Assembly (NCBI GenBank): GCA_044892525.1 | Contig: CM097885.1 | Coordinates: 9,612,001-9,676,000, forward strand | Length of the DNA stretch: 64,000 bases | Source: Schmidtea polychroa | Taxonomy: Eukaryota | Direction of reading: 5' to 3' | In this document: positions 46,055-58,300 of the stretch, piece by piece | Position numbering within the stretch: position 1 is the stretch's first letter | Layout of the letters: every line of letters starts with the position of its first letter | Made by a program: the position numbers and the translations under genes | The notes under the pieces: model-generated | Database searches by the model: none | What the model saw: only the letters and a program-made list of their open reading frames with translations | What the model was told of the DNA's origin: nothing

Positions 46055-47085
46055 TATATAGATAAAATTTAATTTTCTATAAAATAGTTTGATTAGAAAT
46101 TATGTATCTTGTTTTGTGTGTAATACACACATGTTTTTACGATAAATTTGTATTTTTCATACAGTTAACGTAATTTTCTTAGGATTTTATTCATATATTA
46201 TATAGATGAAATTTAATTTTCTATAAAATAGTTTGATTAGAAATTATGTCTCGTATGTTGTGTGTAATACACACACATGTTTTTACGATAAATTTGTATT
46301 TTTCATATAGTTAACGTAATTTTCTTAGGAATTTATTCATATAATATATAGATAAAATTTAATTTTCTATAAAATAGCTTGATTAAAAATTATGTCTCGT
46401 ATGTTGTGTGTAATTCACACATGTTTTTACGATATATTTGTATTTTTCATACAGTTAACGTAATTTTCTTAGGATTTTATTCATATAATATATAGATAAA
46501 ATTTAATTTTCTATAAAATAGTTAGATTAGAAATTATGTCACGTATGTTGTGTGTAATACACACATGTTTTTACGATATATTTGTATTTTTCATACAGTT
46601 AACGTAATTTTCTTAGGATTTTATTCATATAATATATAGATAAAATTTAATTTTCTATAAAATGGATTGATTAGAAATTATGTATCTTGTTTTGTGTGTA
46701 ATACACACACATGTTTTTATGATAAATTTGTATTTATTATACGTTAACGTAATTTCCTTGGATATTTATTCATATATTATATAGATAAAATTTAATTTTC
46801 TATAAAATAGCTTGATTAAAAATTATGTCTCGTATGTTGTGTGTAATACACACATGTTTTTACGATAAATTTGTATTTTTCATACAGTTAACGTAATTTT
46901 CTTAGGATTTTATTCATATAATATATAGATAAAATTTAATTTTCTATAAAATAGTTAGATTAGAAATTATGTCTCGTATGTTGTGTGTAATACACACACA
47001 TGTTTTTTACGATAAATTTGTATTTTTCATATAGTTAACGTAATTTTCTTAGGATTTTATTCATATAATATATAGATAAAATTTA
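46055..47085 (-). repeat. Same ~120-bp tandem repeat in inverted orientation, about 8 copies
   Basis: Reverse complement of the 44565-45410 unit. Confidence 0.9.
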
Positions 47086-48180
47086 TTTTTCCTACCCCTT
47101 CCTTCATTTTGATTGGTCAGAATTTAATCATGTGTAATATATAAGCAGTAACTTTTCAAATGTTTGTCATTTAAACTTTTAATTAAACTTATATAAGTGA
47201 ATAATTTTTTATTCTCTATCTAATATTATTGATTATTTTCTTTTAGTGAACGGATGCAGTTTATATAAATTTTGTATTGCCGAAAGTCATGAAGATGTGG
47301 AGAACTGTAAATCAGTTACATCTTCATATTTCAAGATAAATGACTCTACCTTATCGGGTTACATATGTCCGGAATGTCTCATTATATCACCAGGTAGGTG
47401 GTTAATGTTTGTACGACAACACGGACACCATCTTAGAAGATTCGAAGAAACGAAGAGCAGGATGATCACTAAAAGTAATACTCTTTCTACTATTAACAAT
47501 TATTAATTTTTTATAGTACAATCGAAAATGAACACATCATACGATCCTAAGCAGATTAAAGAATATGTTACAAGTTATGTTATTTAAGTTGTTTAATATT
47601 AATTATAAATATAGTTAGACAAAACTCTGGCACCACAAAACGAAAGTCAATATTTTACGGAAATGGAGACTCTAACAAACAATTGTGTCCACGTCGGGAG
47701 TCTGACTTAAATGGTTCTCGTGTTGAATTGACAAGCGATGTATCTGCAATTAATTCTCCTGACATTGTTGTTCCAGATTGTCTCATCAAAGAAATAGAAG
47801 ATCATATTCAACGAATGGGGACAGTAAAAATCCAATTTGGACTTTGCGCAGAGTTTATCAAAGAGGATGGTGAAATTAAAAAATGGTGTTTGTCGAATAA
47901 AGCAATTACAATGTCATCTTCATTTATTAATGATGGAATTGAAAAATTAAAAGAAAAGTTGGAGAAATACACTCAACAAAGTAGTGGGTGGAGAATTCAT
48001 AAAATATTAGAAGTTACTATGATTTTAACTAAATTATCAGACATAATACATGTATCTGGTAAGTTTATTTACATTATTATATATATAAATCAAGATATTT
48101 ACTTAGGTTCAAGTTACATTAAAACGCCAAATTACCTGAAAAACTGTCAGGCTTTAGTTAATGTTCAAAATAATGATCAA
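47081..48180 (+). pseudogene. polB: Inverted duplicate of the 5' part of the second-family pPolB, truncated
   Basis: Near-identical reverse complement of 42833-43932. Confidence 0.9.
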
Positions 48181-48640
48181 CGATGCCTAATATTTTTAGA
48201 ATGATGCCTAATATTTTTAGAACGATTACATCATACTTTTAGAATGGTGCCTCTTATTTTTAGAATGATTACGTCATAATTTTAGAACGATGCCTAATAT
48301 TTTTAGAATGATGCGTAATATTTTTAGAACGATGCCTAATATTTTTAGAACGATGACTCATATTTTTAGAACTAATATTTTTAGAACGATGCCTAATATT
48401 TTTAGAATGATTACGTCATATTTTTAGAACGATGCCTAATATTTTTAGAATGATTACGTCATACTTTTAGAACGATGCCTAATATTTTTAGAACGATGAC
48501 TCATACAATGACTCATCACATTTTAAGAACGATGACTCATACGATGACTCATCATATTTTTAGAACTAATATTTTTAGAACGATGCCACATATTTTAGAA
48601 CTATTACGTAATCGAAGCCTAATATTTTTAGAACTAATAA
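48181..48640. repeat. ~21-bp minisatellite containing TGACTCA / TTACGTCA variants
   Basis: tttttagaacgatgcctaata units. Confidence 0.85.
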
Positions 48641-48855
48641 TTTTGTTTTAATTATCGATTACATAATAATTTAATTTTGTTTAAATCGTTGATTATATAA
48701 TTTGTTTAAATCATTGATTATATAATTTTTTGTTTTAATTATCGAATACGTAATAATATAATTTGTTTAAATCGTTGATTACATATTATTATTTTTTAAT
48801 TATCAATATTTTCTTTTAAAATATTAACGCCCGTGTGGAAGATGTTATTTTCAAA

Positions 48856-48952
<97 letters not shown>

Positions 48953-49567
48953 TTATTATTTGCAATTATTCATAAAACTTAATTTCTACATCAATTTCAT
49001 GATTTTCAACATTTTCATCATTTGCATGAATATTTTAATATTTTTCAATATTTCTTTACTATTATTATTAAATTATTATTTTTACAGTTATTTTGAAAGT
49101 TTTTCATCTTATTATTATTATTAATATTTTCAAAGTTATTTTCAAAGAATTATTATTATTATTTGCAAATTTCTAATTATTATTTTTTTTTAGAAGTTTC
49201 ATTATTATTATTTACTTACATATTCATAAAACTTAATTTCTACGTCAATTTCAGGATTTTCAACATTTTCATCATTTGCATTTTTTAATAATTATCAATT
49301 TTTTCATAATTTTCTACATTTTCAATATTTTCACGATTTTCAACATTTTCATGATTATTTCAGGAACTTTTTCATCAAATATTGTTCAAAGTATTATTTT
49401 CAAAGAATTATTTTCAAAGTTTTAATCAATATTATTATTATTATTAATATTATTATTATATATACTCCGAGTTTATCCGACAAGATATTCTGTCCCCCTA
49501 AGGGTAATGGTCACAAGGGTACTACTCACAATCAACATGTCGCAAATTATTTTCAAATACAATTTCA

Positions 49568-49625
<58 letters not shown>

Positions 49626-50494
49626 GCAAATATTAGTCAAAAACATAAAATATTTTTACACATACACACACAACCCATTAACAATTATTATTATCAATAT
49701 TAGTGAAAACCTAAATATTTTTTATACAACCCATTAAACTTTATTATTATTATTATTATTATTATAATTAGTCAAAAACCTAAAATAATTTTTACACACT
49801 AAGTTATGGGGTAGAGAATTATTATATGTTTGCAATATTCTGTGTTTGCCTTCACGGGAAGTTGACAATAATTTTACACACACATTCTATATACACATAC
49901 CTTGTTTAACATGGGTGTATATACTCCTAGTCTATCCGACAAAATATTCTGTCCCCTATGGGTATTGCTCATATGGGTACTAGTCACACTCAACATGTCG
50001 CAAGGGTTTTCGAGTTTAAAGCATATTATGGTTTATTAAGGTTAGTAAATAAAACTTATAACACCTACTATTTTTAATAATATTTAAACGATAAAAATCA
50101 AGACAAGAGAGGACAAGGCAAAGTTTATGCATTTAGTATTGCCAGGCCTAATGAGCAGTGACCAAATATCTGTGCCTGAAAGACACGGTGGATATTTGTT
50201 CGCGTCCACAAGGGTCGTCTGTGCCTCCCCAAGTGGGGTCAGAAGAACCTGGGCATTATAGCTTTCCGTACGGAACATTACGCCTAGCATGGGTAGTCAA
50301 CTACCAGCACATTCGAAACGTATAATTTCAAAATACATGCGTCATTGGCACTATAACCAAATTAATTAATGTTTTCACTAACACAAATATATATTTACAG
50401 AGGCCTCCCACTAGTTAGATTACAACCGCCCACCACGACGATCAGCTTGTAAATATATATTAATTAAGGGATAAAGAGGACCCACCCAACCCTA

Positions 50495-51073
50495 TTATAT
50501 TTGTTCATTCGCGAATTCATAATAATCATAATAATCACACATAATCATTTTATTTTCATATACATGTTTATATCTACATCGAGCTGCTTCCATTTGTGCA
50601 CGACATACTTGAGATCGATAATCAGGGATCATAGCAGTCATAACACCTCCAGTACTTTCAGTAATATTAAACAATCTCGTAGCGGAACTCTTCTCAATCA
50701 TTTTATTTGGAACCTGTCTTTGTGTAGCTACACATAAATTTGATCTCATATTATTCCTTTCTGAACACAAAACAATATCGATTCGGCCATTTTGATCTTG
50801 AGCACATTTCAACAAATTTGTTTGATCCATATTCAATTCACCAGGTACAGATTGAACTAATTGTCGGTCTCGAGATAATGTGATTAGAGAGAATCCATTA
50901 TCCAGAACTTTAAGAGATTTGCTAGATCTGATAACATCGTCTTTACAAATAGTTTCTATTTCCATTTTGCTGCGGGTTCTATTCAACCTTGCCATTAAAT
51001 CATCGAGATCCATCAATTCCCCGTTATATTTAGATTCATAATTTGTAACTTTGTTACTTTCCATAAATTCCAA
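50495..51073 (-). CDS. LTR-borne chimeric SNF8/PSMA6 fragment ORF (3' LTR copy)
   Basis: [38 protein letters not shown] resembles SNF8; [34 protein letters not shown] resembles PSMA6. Confidence 0.75.
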   Translation of the reverse strand: MEFMESNKVTNYESKYNGELMDLDDLMARLNRTRSKMEIETICKDDVIRSSKSLKVLDNGFSLITLSRDRQLVQSVPGELNMDQTNLLKCAQDQNGRIDIVLCSERNNMRSNLCVATQRQVPNKMIEKSSATRLFNITESTGGVMTAMIPDYRSQVCRAQMEAARCRYKHVYENKMIMCDYYDYYEFANEQI

Positions 51074-51358
51074 CCAAAATCGAAGAGAACTCCTTCAACA
51101 AACTTCAATTCAACCTTAAATCCATTCGAAATCGATAAATCTAAAAACTCAAAATTACAACTAAATAACCACAAATTCAAATACCTCTTGCTCGCGTCTG
51201 TGTGTGCACACAGCCAAAAACAAAGAAAAGAAAAGCGCACACAGACGCGAGGATCGGATTAAAAATTTCCACTTTCTCCATTTTACGCGTCTGTGTGCGC
51301 ACACAACCAACACAAAGAAAAAAGCGCACACAGACGCGAAACAACTAATAATTCACCA
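50502..51358 (-). repeat. 3' LTR
   Basis: Direct repeat of 54415-55271; one mismatch seen (tgttcattc vs tgttcaatc). Confidence 0.97.
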
Positions 51359-51372
51359 TCCTCCCCCCCCTT
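51359..51372 (-). promoter_or_regulatory. Polypurine tract
   Basis: AAGGGGGGGGAGGA immediately before the 3' LTR on the minus strand. Confidence 0.9.
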
Positions 51373-51545
51373 GACACCTTAGTGTCAATCTCAAATCCCC
51401 ATCAGCTTCTCCTTCTTCTTTTATACTCAAACATACTTTGAAGATACATTCCCGTGTCAGTTTATTCCTTTTCCCCTTCATTTCTTGCACTTCCCTCGCC
51501 ATTTTATCCCTTTTCCCTTTCATTTTCTGCATTTCCCTCACCATT

Positions 51546-54500
51546 TCATCCCTTTCCCCCTTCATTTCCTGCATTATGGCTCAATCTCCAATAACCCTCA
51601 CAAACCCATCTTTGTATTATATAAGCCGCCGCGCCACGCACCTTTTTTGAAAGATCGTTGTGGATTCTCCATCCACCAACGCCATACTCGGCCAAGCAGC
51701 TGTCCATGTTCAGTTTGTTTAGGTGTAATCTCTCCATTATTATTTCTCCATTTTTCGCCAATTCCATATTCCACACTTTTTCCTGTTGCATTTCATTTTG
51801 TGACCAGTTTTCACTTAATGTTTTTACAAGCATCCTACCAAGTGGTTCTTTGATTGCTTCGTGTTTCGATTCCCCAATCGACACCTTGTCTTTCATGTGC
51901 ATCTTTAGAGGCGGGCAAGCGAGTTCCAGTGATCCTTGTTGTTTGAAACTGTTCGATGATTCGTTCAATTTTTCCAAAACTTCCTTGGCCCCTTGATCAT
52001 TATCACGTACAGTTTTCCATGATTTCCCATATACCATACTGGTCTCCTTGTTTTGCCTCTCCCCTCTGGAGTCTTCTGCCCCTTTTACATTATCACGTTC
52101 TTCTTTTAATCGATTAACTTCCCCTTCGTCGACCTGCATATCATTAACCGCCGCCTCGGGCGTTAACTCCTCTGATTCTGGTTTGTCTTTTTCCCAATTA
52201 CTCATCACTTCCGTTGTCTTCGGTTCCACAATTTTATCGTCGGATAATTTTATGATCTCACCAGCCCGGCAAGCCTCATCTTGCTTTTTCCCTGTATTCA
52301 TTTTTCCTTGAACATTTTGTGTCATTGTCATAACGTTAAATAATTCGTTAGTTCTTCCAGAATTGAATATTTGCCCATCTAAATGACTCTGAGCTCCTTG
52401 CTCTTCATTAGATGCCTTACTCCTGTCGAGTGGCGTGTCCTCCATTCCTCGAGATGCGCGTAACTCGTCATTGAACATTTCAGTTACCGCAAAATAACTC
52501 TGACCCGTCCTCATTGATGCGTTTTCATTTAGTAATTCGTTGTGTCTCTGCTTACATCCGGTAACCTTGCAGAAAGATTCTTTACGACATTCCTTGGCCA
52601 TGTGATTTCTTTTGAAGCAATTCCTGCACAGTTTCTTTTCTTCGATGACTCTCTTCCTTTCTGAAATTGTGAGTTGCTTAAACTTGTCACATTGGTCTAG
52701 GTAATGTTGACCACCACATTGTACACACTCTGATCTATAGCCGTTAGAGTTATTCACCTGTATAACCGTTCCACTTTTAACTCTGCCATCTGGTTGCCCC
52801 GTAAAATGCGTCCAACCTCCTGGATTGAAGCTTTCTCTGTCTCTAGACACACCTTCTACTCTTGACACATCATAAGCCCTGGTGCATGGTTGAGTCCCAT
52901 ACACAACCTCGTTAGTGGACCTTAGGATCTCCGCTTCTTGTTGTATCCATCTTCTCAAATCCTCTATCGTCTCCCGCAATTCCTTTTCTATTTTCTCTTT
53001 CTTCCATTTATACACAAGATCCGTTGTTAACTTGCCCAAACACTTTTGAAAAAGATATCCAGTCTTTAACTCGGATTCTTTCCCAGTGGATTTAAATCGC
53101 ACGGTGACTGTTTCTAATAATCCAACAAATAAGTCTAGATCCTTCAAATCTCCTTCTCGAATTGGCCTGAACTGGTCCATCTCCTCAAACATTGATAAAT
53201 ATATCCTTTCATCCCCACCATATCGCCTATCCAACTTCTCTTTTGCCATTTGATAAGCCTCTGCTGAATATCCAAGATTTTCAATTAACTTTAATGGCTC
53301 TCCGTGAAGGTACTGGTGCAGGTGAAACATCTTTTCAACCTCATCACCTTCCGCTTCGTCAACACACGCCGTAAAAGCTGCTTTCCATGGTTCGTACTCT
53401 TTCATCTTGCCTTCAAAGACCGGTATTGTAATTTTCTGTAGACTTTCCAGTTTTCTTTTATGCCCGGAATTATTCTTCTTGATGGTATCATCATTCCCCT
53501 TTTCCTTCTTTTCCATAAAAGATTGATTTGCTTTTCTTTCCATCAATGCCCCAATTATTTGATGTTTTTCCTCGATCTCCTGCAGGTCTTTATCTAAGAT
53601 TGCAGTGATGTCCAATCTATGCAATTTTTCACTGATCGTTCTTAGATCTCTTAATTCTTCATCTAGACTCTCCTTTATATCTTCATATTCCTCCAACCAT
53701 TTGCTAACATCCTTACCCTTTATATCATTCAGAATCTTGTTTCTCCATCTCGTTAATTTTCCTTTTTTCATTCTCTTTTTCCACATTTCTTCTTCTAAAA
53801 TCTCTTCGTCATTGCCACCGCACAGCCTAAGTGACAAATGAAGTGTCGACCCTACTTGTATCCTATAATCATTCAATCTTCTTTTATTTTCTAACTGCTT
53901 TCCTGCGTATACTAACGTTTGATAATTTTCCGGAATTCCTTCTTTGTCCTGGATTTTTCCTTTTATCTTTTCAATTGTGTCGTTCCATTTAACGTCCAGA
54001 GTAATTGTCTTACCAGTAAGAGTCTTGACAAATATTTGATTTATACTTCCCCATCGCAACTCAAAACCCATTACCCCGCTCGCCCTCACCCTTGACTCAG
54101 ATCTGTTCTTTACCCTGTTCCCCTGGCTTCCCCCTTTAAAAGAGTGCTGGGGCCCATAGCAGCACTTTCCCACGCTCGGTAGGGAAGGGAGGATGTTTAA
54201 TTTTACAAAAGTATTATAATATATACATAATATGCATGAACAAGATTTTTTATAATACATATTAATTACCAAAATATTATTAATTACAAAGATATTATTA
54301 AACACATAATAAACATAATATTTACATAAGATATATAAACCCAAAAAAGACAGTTTATAATACATTTTAATTACCTTGTTCCGGCTGGCTAGCCGGAACC
54401 ACGCTCTGCTACCATGTTCAATCGCGAATTCATAATAATCATAATAATCACACATAATCATTTTATTTTCATATACATGTTTATATCTACATCGAGCTGC

Positions 54501-54986
54501 TTCCATTTGTGCACGACATACTTGAGATCGATAATCAGGGATCATAGCAGTCATAACACCTCCAGTACTTTCAGTAATATTAAACAATCTCGTAGCGGAA
54601 CTCTTCTCAATCATTTTATTTGGAACCTGTCTTTGTGTAGCTACACATAAATTTGATCTCATATTATTCCTTTCTGAACACAAAACAATATCGATTCGGC
54701 CATTTTGATCTTGAGCACATTTCAACAAATTTGTTTGATCCATATTCAATTCACCAGGTACAGATTGAACTAATTGTCGGTCTCGAGATAATGTGATTAG
54801 AGAGAATCCATTATCCAGAACTTTAAGAGATTTGCTAGATCTGATAACATCGTCTTTACAAATAGTTTCTATTTCCATTTTGCTGCGGGTTCTATTCAAC
54901 CTTGCCATTAAATCATCGAGATCCATCAATTCCCCGTTATATTTAGATTCATAATTTGTAACTTTGTTACTTTCCATAAATTCCAA
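51546..54986 (-). CDS. gag: SNF8-fragment / PSMA6-fragment / ubiquitin / BEL Gag open frame (shorter Ub-Gag product from ATG 54071)
   Basis: Ubiquitin 53814-54041; [49 protein letters not shown] and [10 protein letters not shown] knuckles. Confidence 0.85.
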   Translation of the reverse strand: MEFMESNKVTNYESKYNGELMDLDDLMARLNRTRSKMEIETICKDDVIRSSKSLKVLDNGFSLITLSRDRQLVQSVPGELNMDQTNLLKCAQDQNGRIDIVLCSERNNMRSNLCVATQRQVPNKMIEKSSATRLFNITESTGGVMTAMIPDYRSQVCRAQMEAARCRYKHVYENKMIMCDYYDYYEFAIEHGSRAWFRLASRNKVIKMYYKLSFLGLYILCKYYVYYVFNNIFVINNILVINMYYKKSCSCILCIYYNTFVKLNILPSLPSVGKCCYGPQHSFKGGSQGNRVKNRSESRVRASGVMGFELRWGSINQIFVKTLTGKTITLDVKWNDTIEKIKGKIQDKEGIPENYQTLVYAGKQLENKRRLNDYRIQVGSTLHLSLRLCGGNDEEILEEEMWKKRMKKGKLTRWRNKILNDIKGKDVSKWLEEYEDIKESLDEELRDLRTISEKLHRLDITAILDKDLQEIEEKHQIIGALMERKANQSFMEKKEKGNDDTIKKNNSGHKRKLESLQKITIPVFEGKMKEYEPWKAAFTACVDEAEGDEVEKMFHLHQYLHGEPLKLIENLGYSAEAYQMAKEKLDRRYGGDERIYLSMFEEMDQFRPIREGDLKDLDLFVGLLETVTVRFKSTGKESELKTGYLFQKCLGKLTTDLVYKWKKEKIEKELRETIEDLRRWIQQEAEILRSTNEVVYGTQPCTRAYDVSRVEGVSRDRESFNPGGWTHFTGQPDGRVKSGTVIQVNNSNGYRSECVQCGGQHYLDQCDKFKQLTISERKRVIEEKKLCRNCFKRNHMAKECRKESFCKVTGCKQRHNELLNENASMRTGQSYFAVTEMFNDELRASRGMEDTPLDRSKASNEEQGAQSHLDGQIFNSGRTNELFNVMTMTQNVQGKMNTGKKQDEACRAGEIIKLSDDKIVEPKTTEVMSNWEKDKPESEELTPEAAVNDMQVDEGEVNRLKEERDNVKGAEDSRGERQNKETSMVYGKSWKTVRDNDQGAKEVLEKLNESSNSFKQQGSLELACPPLKMHMKDKVSIGESKHEAIKEPLGRMLVKTLSENWSQNEMQQEKVWNMELAKNGEIIMERLHLNKLNMDSCLAEYGVGGWRIHNDLSKKVRGAAAYIIQRWVCEGYWRLSHNAGNEGGKG
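54397..54414 (-). promoter_or_regulatory. Primer binding site for initiator tRNA-Met
   Basis: TGGTAGCAGAGCGTGGTT directly after the 5' LTR; complementary to the tRNAi-Met 3' end ...CUCUGCUACCA. Confidence 0.9.
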
Positions 54987-55271
54987 CCAAAATCGAAGAG
55001 AACTCCTTCAACAAACTTCAATTCAACCTTAAATCCATTCGAAATCGATAAATCTAAAAACTCAAAATTACAACTAAATAACCACAAATTCAAATACCTC
55101 TTGCTCGCGTCTGTGTGTGCACACAGCCAAAAACAAAGAAAAGAAAAGCGCACACAGACGCGAGGATCGGATTAAAAATTTCCACTTTCTCCATTTTACG
55201 CGTCTGTGTGCGCACACAACCAACACAAAGAAAAAAGCGCACACAGACGCGAAACAACTAATAATTCACCA
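54415..55271 (-). repeat. 5' LTR
   Basis: Direct repeat of 50502-51358; followed by the PBS on the minus strand. Confidence 0.97.
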
Positions 55272-58200
55272 ATATTTAATTTACAAATTTTTCTCGCTCT
55301 TCTGCTGGTAATCTATCTCAAAATTATCATCTCCATCAGGCCATTTGGAATACATCTTGCAAATTGGACGTATTTCTTAGTTTCTGATGCGGTGTCAACT
55401 ATCATTGCTAAAATTTAAAAGCCATTAACTTACAGATGTTATTTATCATTTTATCGTCAGAAATTAAATTCTACCTGACTATTAGGCAACTGTTATTTGT
55501 GGTATACTTTTTCAATGACATTTCCCACCATAAAACACAGATACCTAAATATAATATATTTATTTTAAAGAATTATTTCATGTCTTACATTATTAATAAT
55601 ATTCTTCAGGTGTAACGAATATTTTACAATATCTAATTGTTAAAACATCGGTTTTCCCATTTTTCTTGACATTCGTTGAAAGAAAGTTTACATAATTTAA
55701 GTCTGATAAGTAAACATACATGTTGAAGGACACCTACAATCAGCTAATTCATTTAAAAAATCCAGAACATAACTCCTTTAGTGTTTCACCATTTTGTCTG
55801 GTTCATCTTCTTCATAATCATATAATTCATGTTTTAATAAGAAATCTCTAAATCCAGAACATAAGTCTTTTAGTGTTTCACCATTTTGTCTGACTCATCT
55901 TCATAATCATATAATTCATTTTCTTCATTACTAAGTAAAATAATTAAAATATTGTAGTAAATTCTTTATTTACTTACTTTATGGATACTAAAACGAAAGA
56001 AATAAAGTTATATCATAATTATATTTAATTAATTTAAATTTAAATAATTTAAATTTAGTATTTAAACATATTTAAACAATTTAGTTATTTAAGCATATTT
56101 AAACATTATTATATAGTATTTATAAAATATTATAATATTATAATTTTATGTATTCTAAATTTATTAATAAATACAGTATAATTTTATATAATATTATAAT
56201 ATTATGTACACTTATATATCCTTCATTTAATTTTTTAAATTCAAAAATTTATAATGAAGATTTTTTGAATTAAAAAATATTCTGTTAGTATTTCCATGCA
56301 GAAAACAACGAATTCAATAATTAAAATCTTAATTTTCATGTTGTTAGGGTTGTGGCCAGAAGTTAATCGCCATCTAATCGTTTGTTCTCAATTTCGCTCA
56401 TTTTTGTTCAAAACATTCAGGAGAGTTGTTATCTGGAAAGTTTCTTTTAGCTCAGCTTTCTTTAAACACTCACGGCATTCTTGAAAGATGTGACACTGGA
56501 AATAAATTAACAATGGGTGGTCTTGCATACATGTTGTTGGTTTGAACTGTTGATTTATTTTAGAAATATGTATATTAAAAACATTTAAGGTATCATTCAG
56601 TAAAATAATATAGTATTTTTGAGTATTTTTTAGTTGATTTATAAATAACAGTATTTTGATATATCAATAAAGACCATATACTCCTAGTTTATCCGACAAA
56701 ATATTCTGTCCCCCTATGGGTATTGCTAGCAAGGGTACTGGTCACATTCAACATGTCGCAAAGGTATATTAATCATTTAGAAATTCTTAGGTAATTTAGT
56801 GAGATGATCAGAAATTCGTGAATATTTTAAATGTAACTTTACACTTATGTCGAGCGACTAATTTATTGGTTAACTTTGTAGTCATTTAAAGCAAAAATTA
56901 ATTTATTCATCTAATGTTCGTTACAATAGTTAATAATATGAGAAAACATGGTCATTATTCATTGATAATTTTAAATTCTTTATCATTTGGAGTAAATTTG
57001 TTTGAGGCAAAAATAATTAAAGGAGTCATAATAGAAATATGGTTATCATTTATCCAATTAAGGGGCTTATTAGTTAGAAATATATATTAAAAAGTAACAA
57101 TTATTTTCTAATTTAATTAGATGATCATTAGACGTAATATATCTTTGCGAGAAATTTAAGATGTTTGAGTAACCAAAACATGGATATTTTGTACGATAAA
57201 TTTATGAATATTGGTTAATTTAGTCATTAAAATAATAATATAATAAGGTAATTTAGGAAAATATCATTTATCCATCCGATAACAATATTCCTTCAATAGA
57301 TATTCAACCGATTTAATTTCTAATTAAAATCATAAATTTCCTTCAAAGATCATTTTTCTTTAGTTGTTTTCCAATTCTTTTAAGTTAATATTTCTCAAGC
57401 TTTGTCAACGATATCCCCAAAATGAATAAAATAACTTCTTAAATAAAAATAATTTAAAGCAATAACCATTGATATCAATTAATTCTAAAGATTTCAAATT
57501 TCTCATTGTCAAAAACAAGTAAATTGATCATTAACCATTAATAAAACCGTGGATAATTAATTAAAACTGGTTCTGAAACATAAATTACTGTGCAACCTCT
57601 AAAACGATATAATTTCACAGGAACTATTCACAGCTGACTATTTCCCTTCAAAATTTGATATTTTACCAATAAGAATATATAAATATTCAAAACATTAACC
57701 GATCCCTCACCAAATATTTCTAGCATTTTAAAAACCCCCTTAAAAATCATATATTACCATCTTAACCTTCACTAAATCCAACCGAATATAATTTCACCCA
57801 CTTGAGCCCTTTAATATATCTTAAAATCCATAGAAATTCTTCAAAATATGAATTTTATTTAATTGTTACAAACATTCTTCCATTGAAATAATTTAGTAGC
57901 TAAATTCAAAGACCTCAGTAAAAGATCAAAATTCGCTAAAATGAATATTTCCTACAAATATTTCACCACATTCACCATCAAATATCTAATTAGAGATGAA
58001 ATATATTGATAGATCATCGATTCGGCTAATTATAGCCATTATAAAATGATATATCTTTCAAATTAAATCACAAATTTCAGTATATTTTACATTAATTTTC
58101 AAGTAGATTTCAAATATATCATCATCATGATAAAATTAGTTGGTTTCAACTTTAGATTTTCAATATTTTAAAGTATCATCAATGTGTAAATATTCTTAGA

Positions 58201-58300
58201 AAAATATATTGATATATTAATTTAGTCAAATTCAATATCATTACAAAGTCATTATCATCAAAATTTATCCTATCACTTGATTATTAACCTCATTAAAAAT

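Larger units (their letters stand above)
50502..55271 (-). mobile_element. Non-autonomous BEL/Pao LTR retrotransposon (Gag only)
   Basis: Two 857-bp LTRs TG..CA; 5-bp TSD ATATT; PBS; PPT; DUF1759-type Gag with three Cys/His knuckles; no RT, RNase H or integrase. Confidence 0.95.

Noticed and set aside
44565..47085. CRISPR-like array
   Set aside because: Whole units repeat; there are no unique spacers
51546..52450. Functional pol after Gag
   Set aside because: No protease DxG, RT YxDD or integrase motifs; only a faint remnant ([11 protein letters not shown])
54143..54166. tRNA-Met gene
   Set aside because: Only about 14 nt resemble the anticodon arm; no cloverleaf or A/B boxes
55280..58300. 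Spliced LRR-like genes on the minus strand
   Set aside because: Coding-like patches are broken by stops; no consistent model or family recognised
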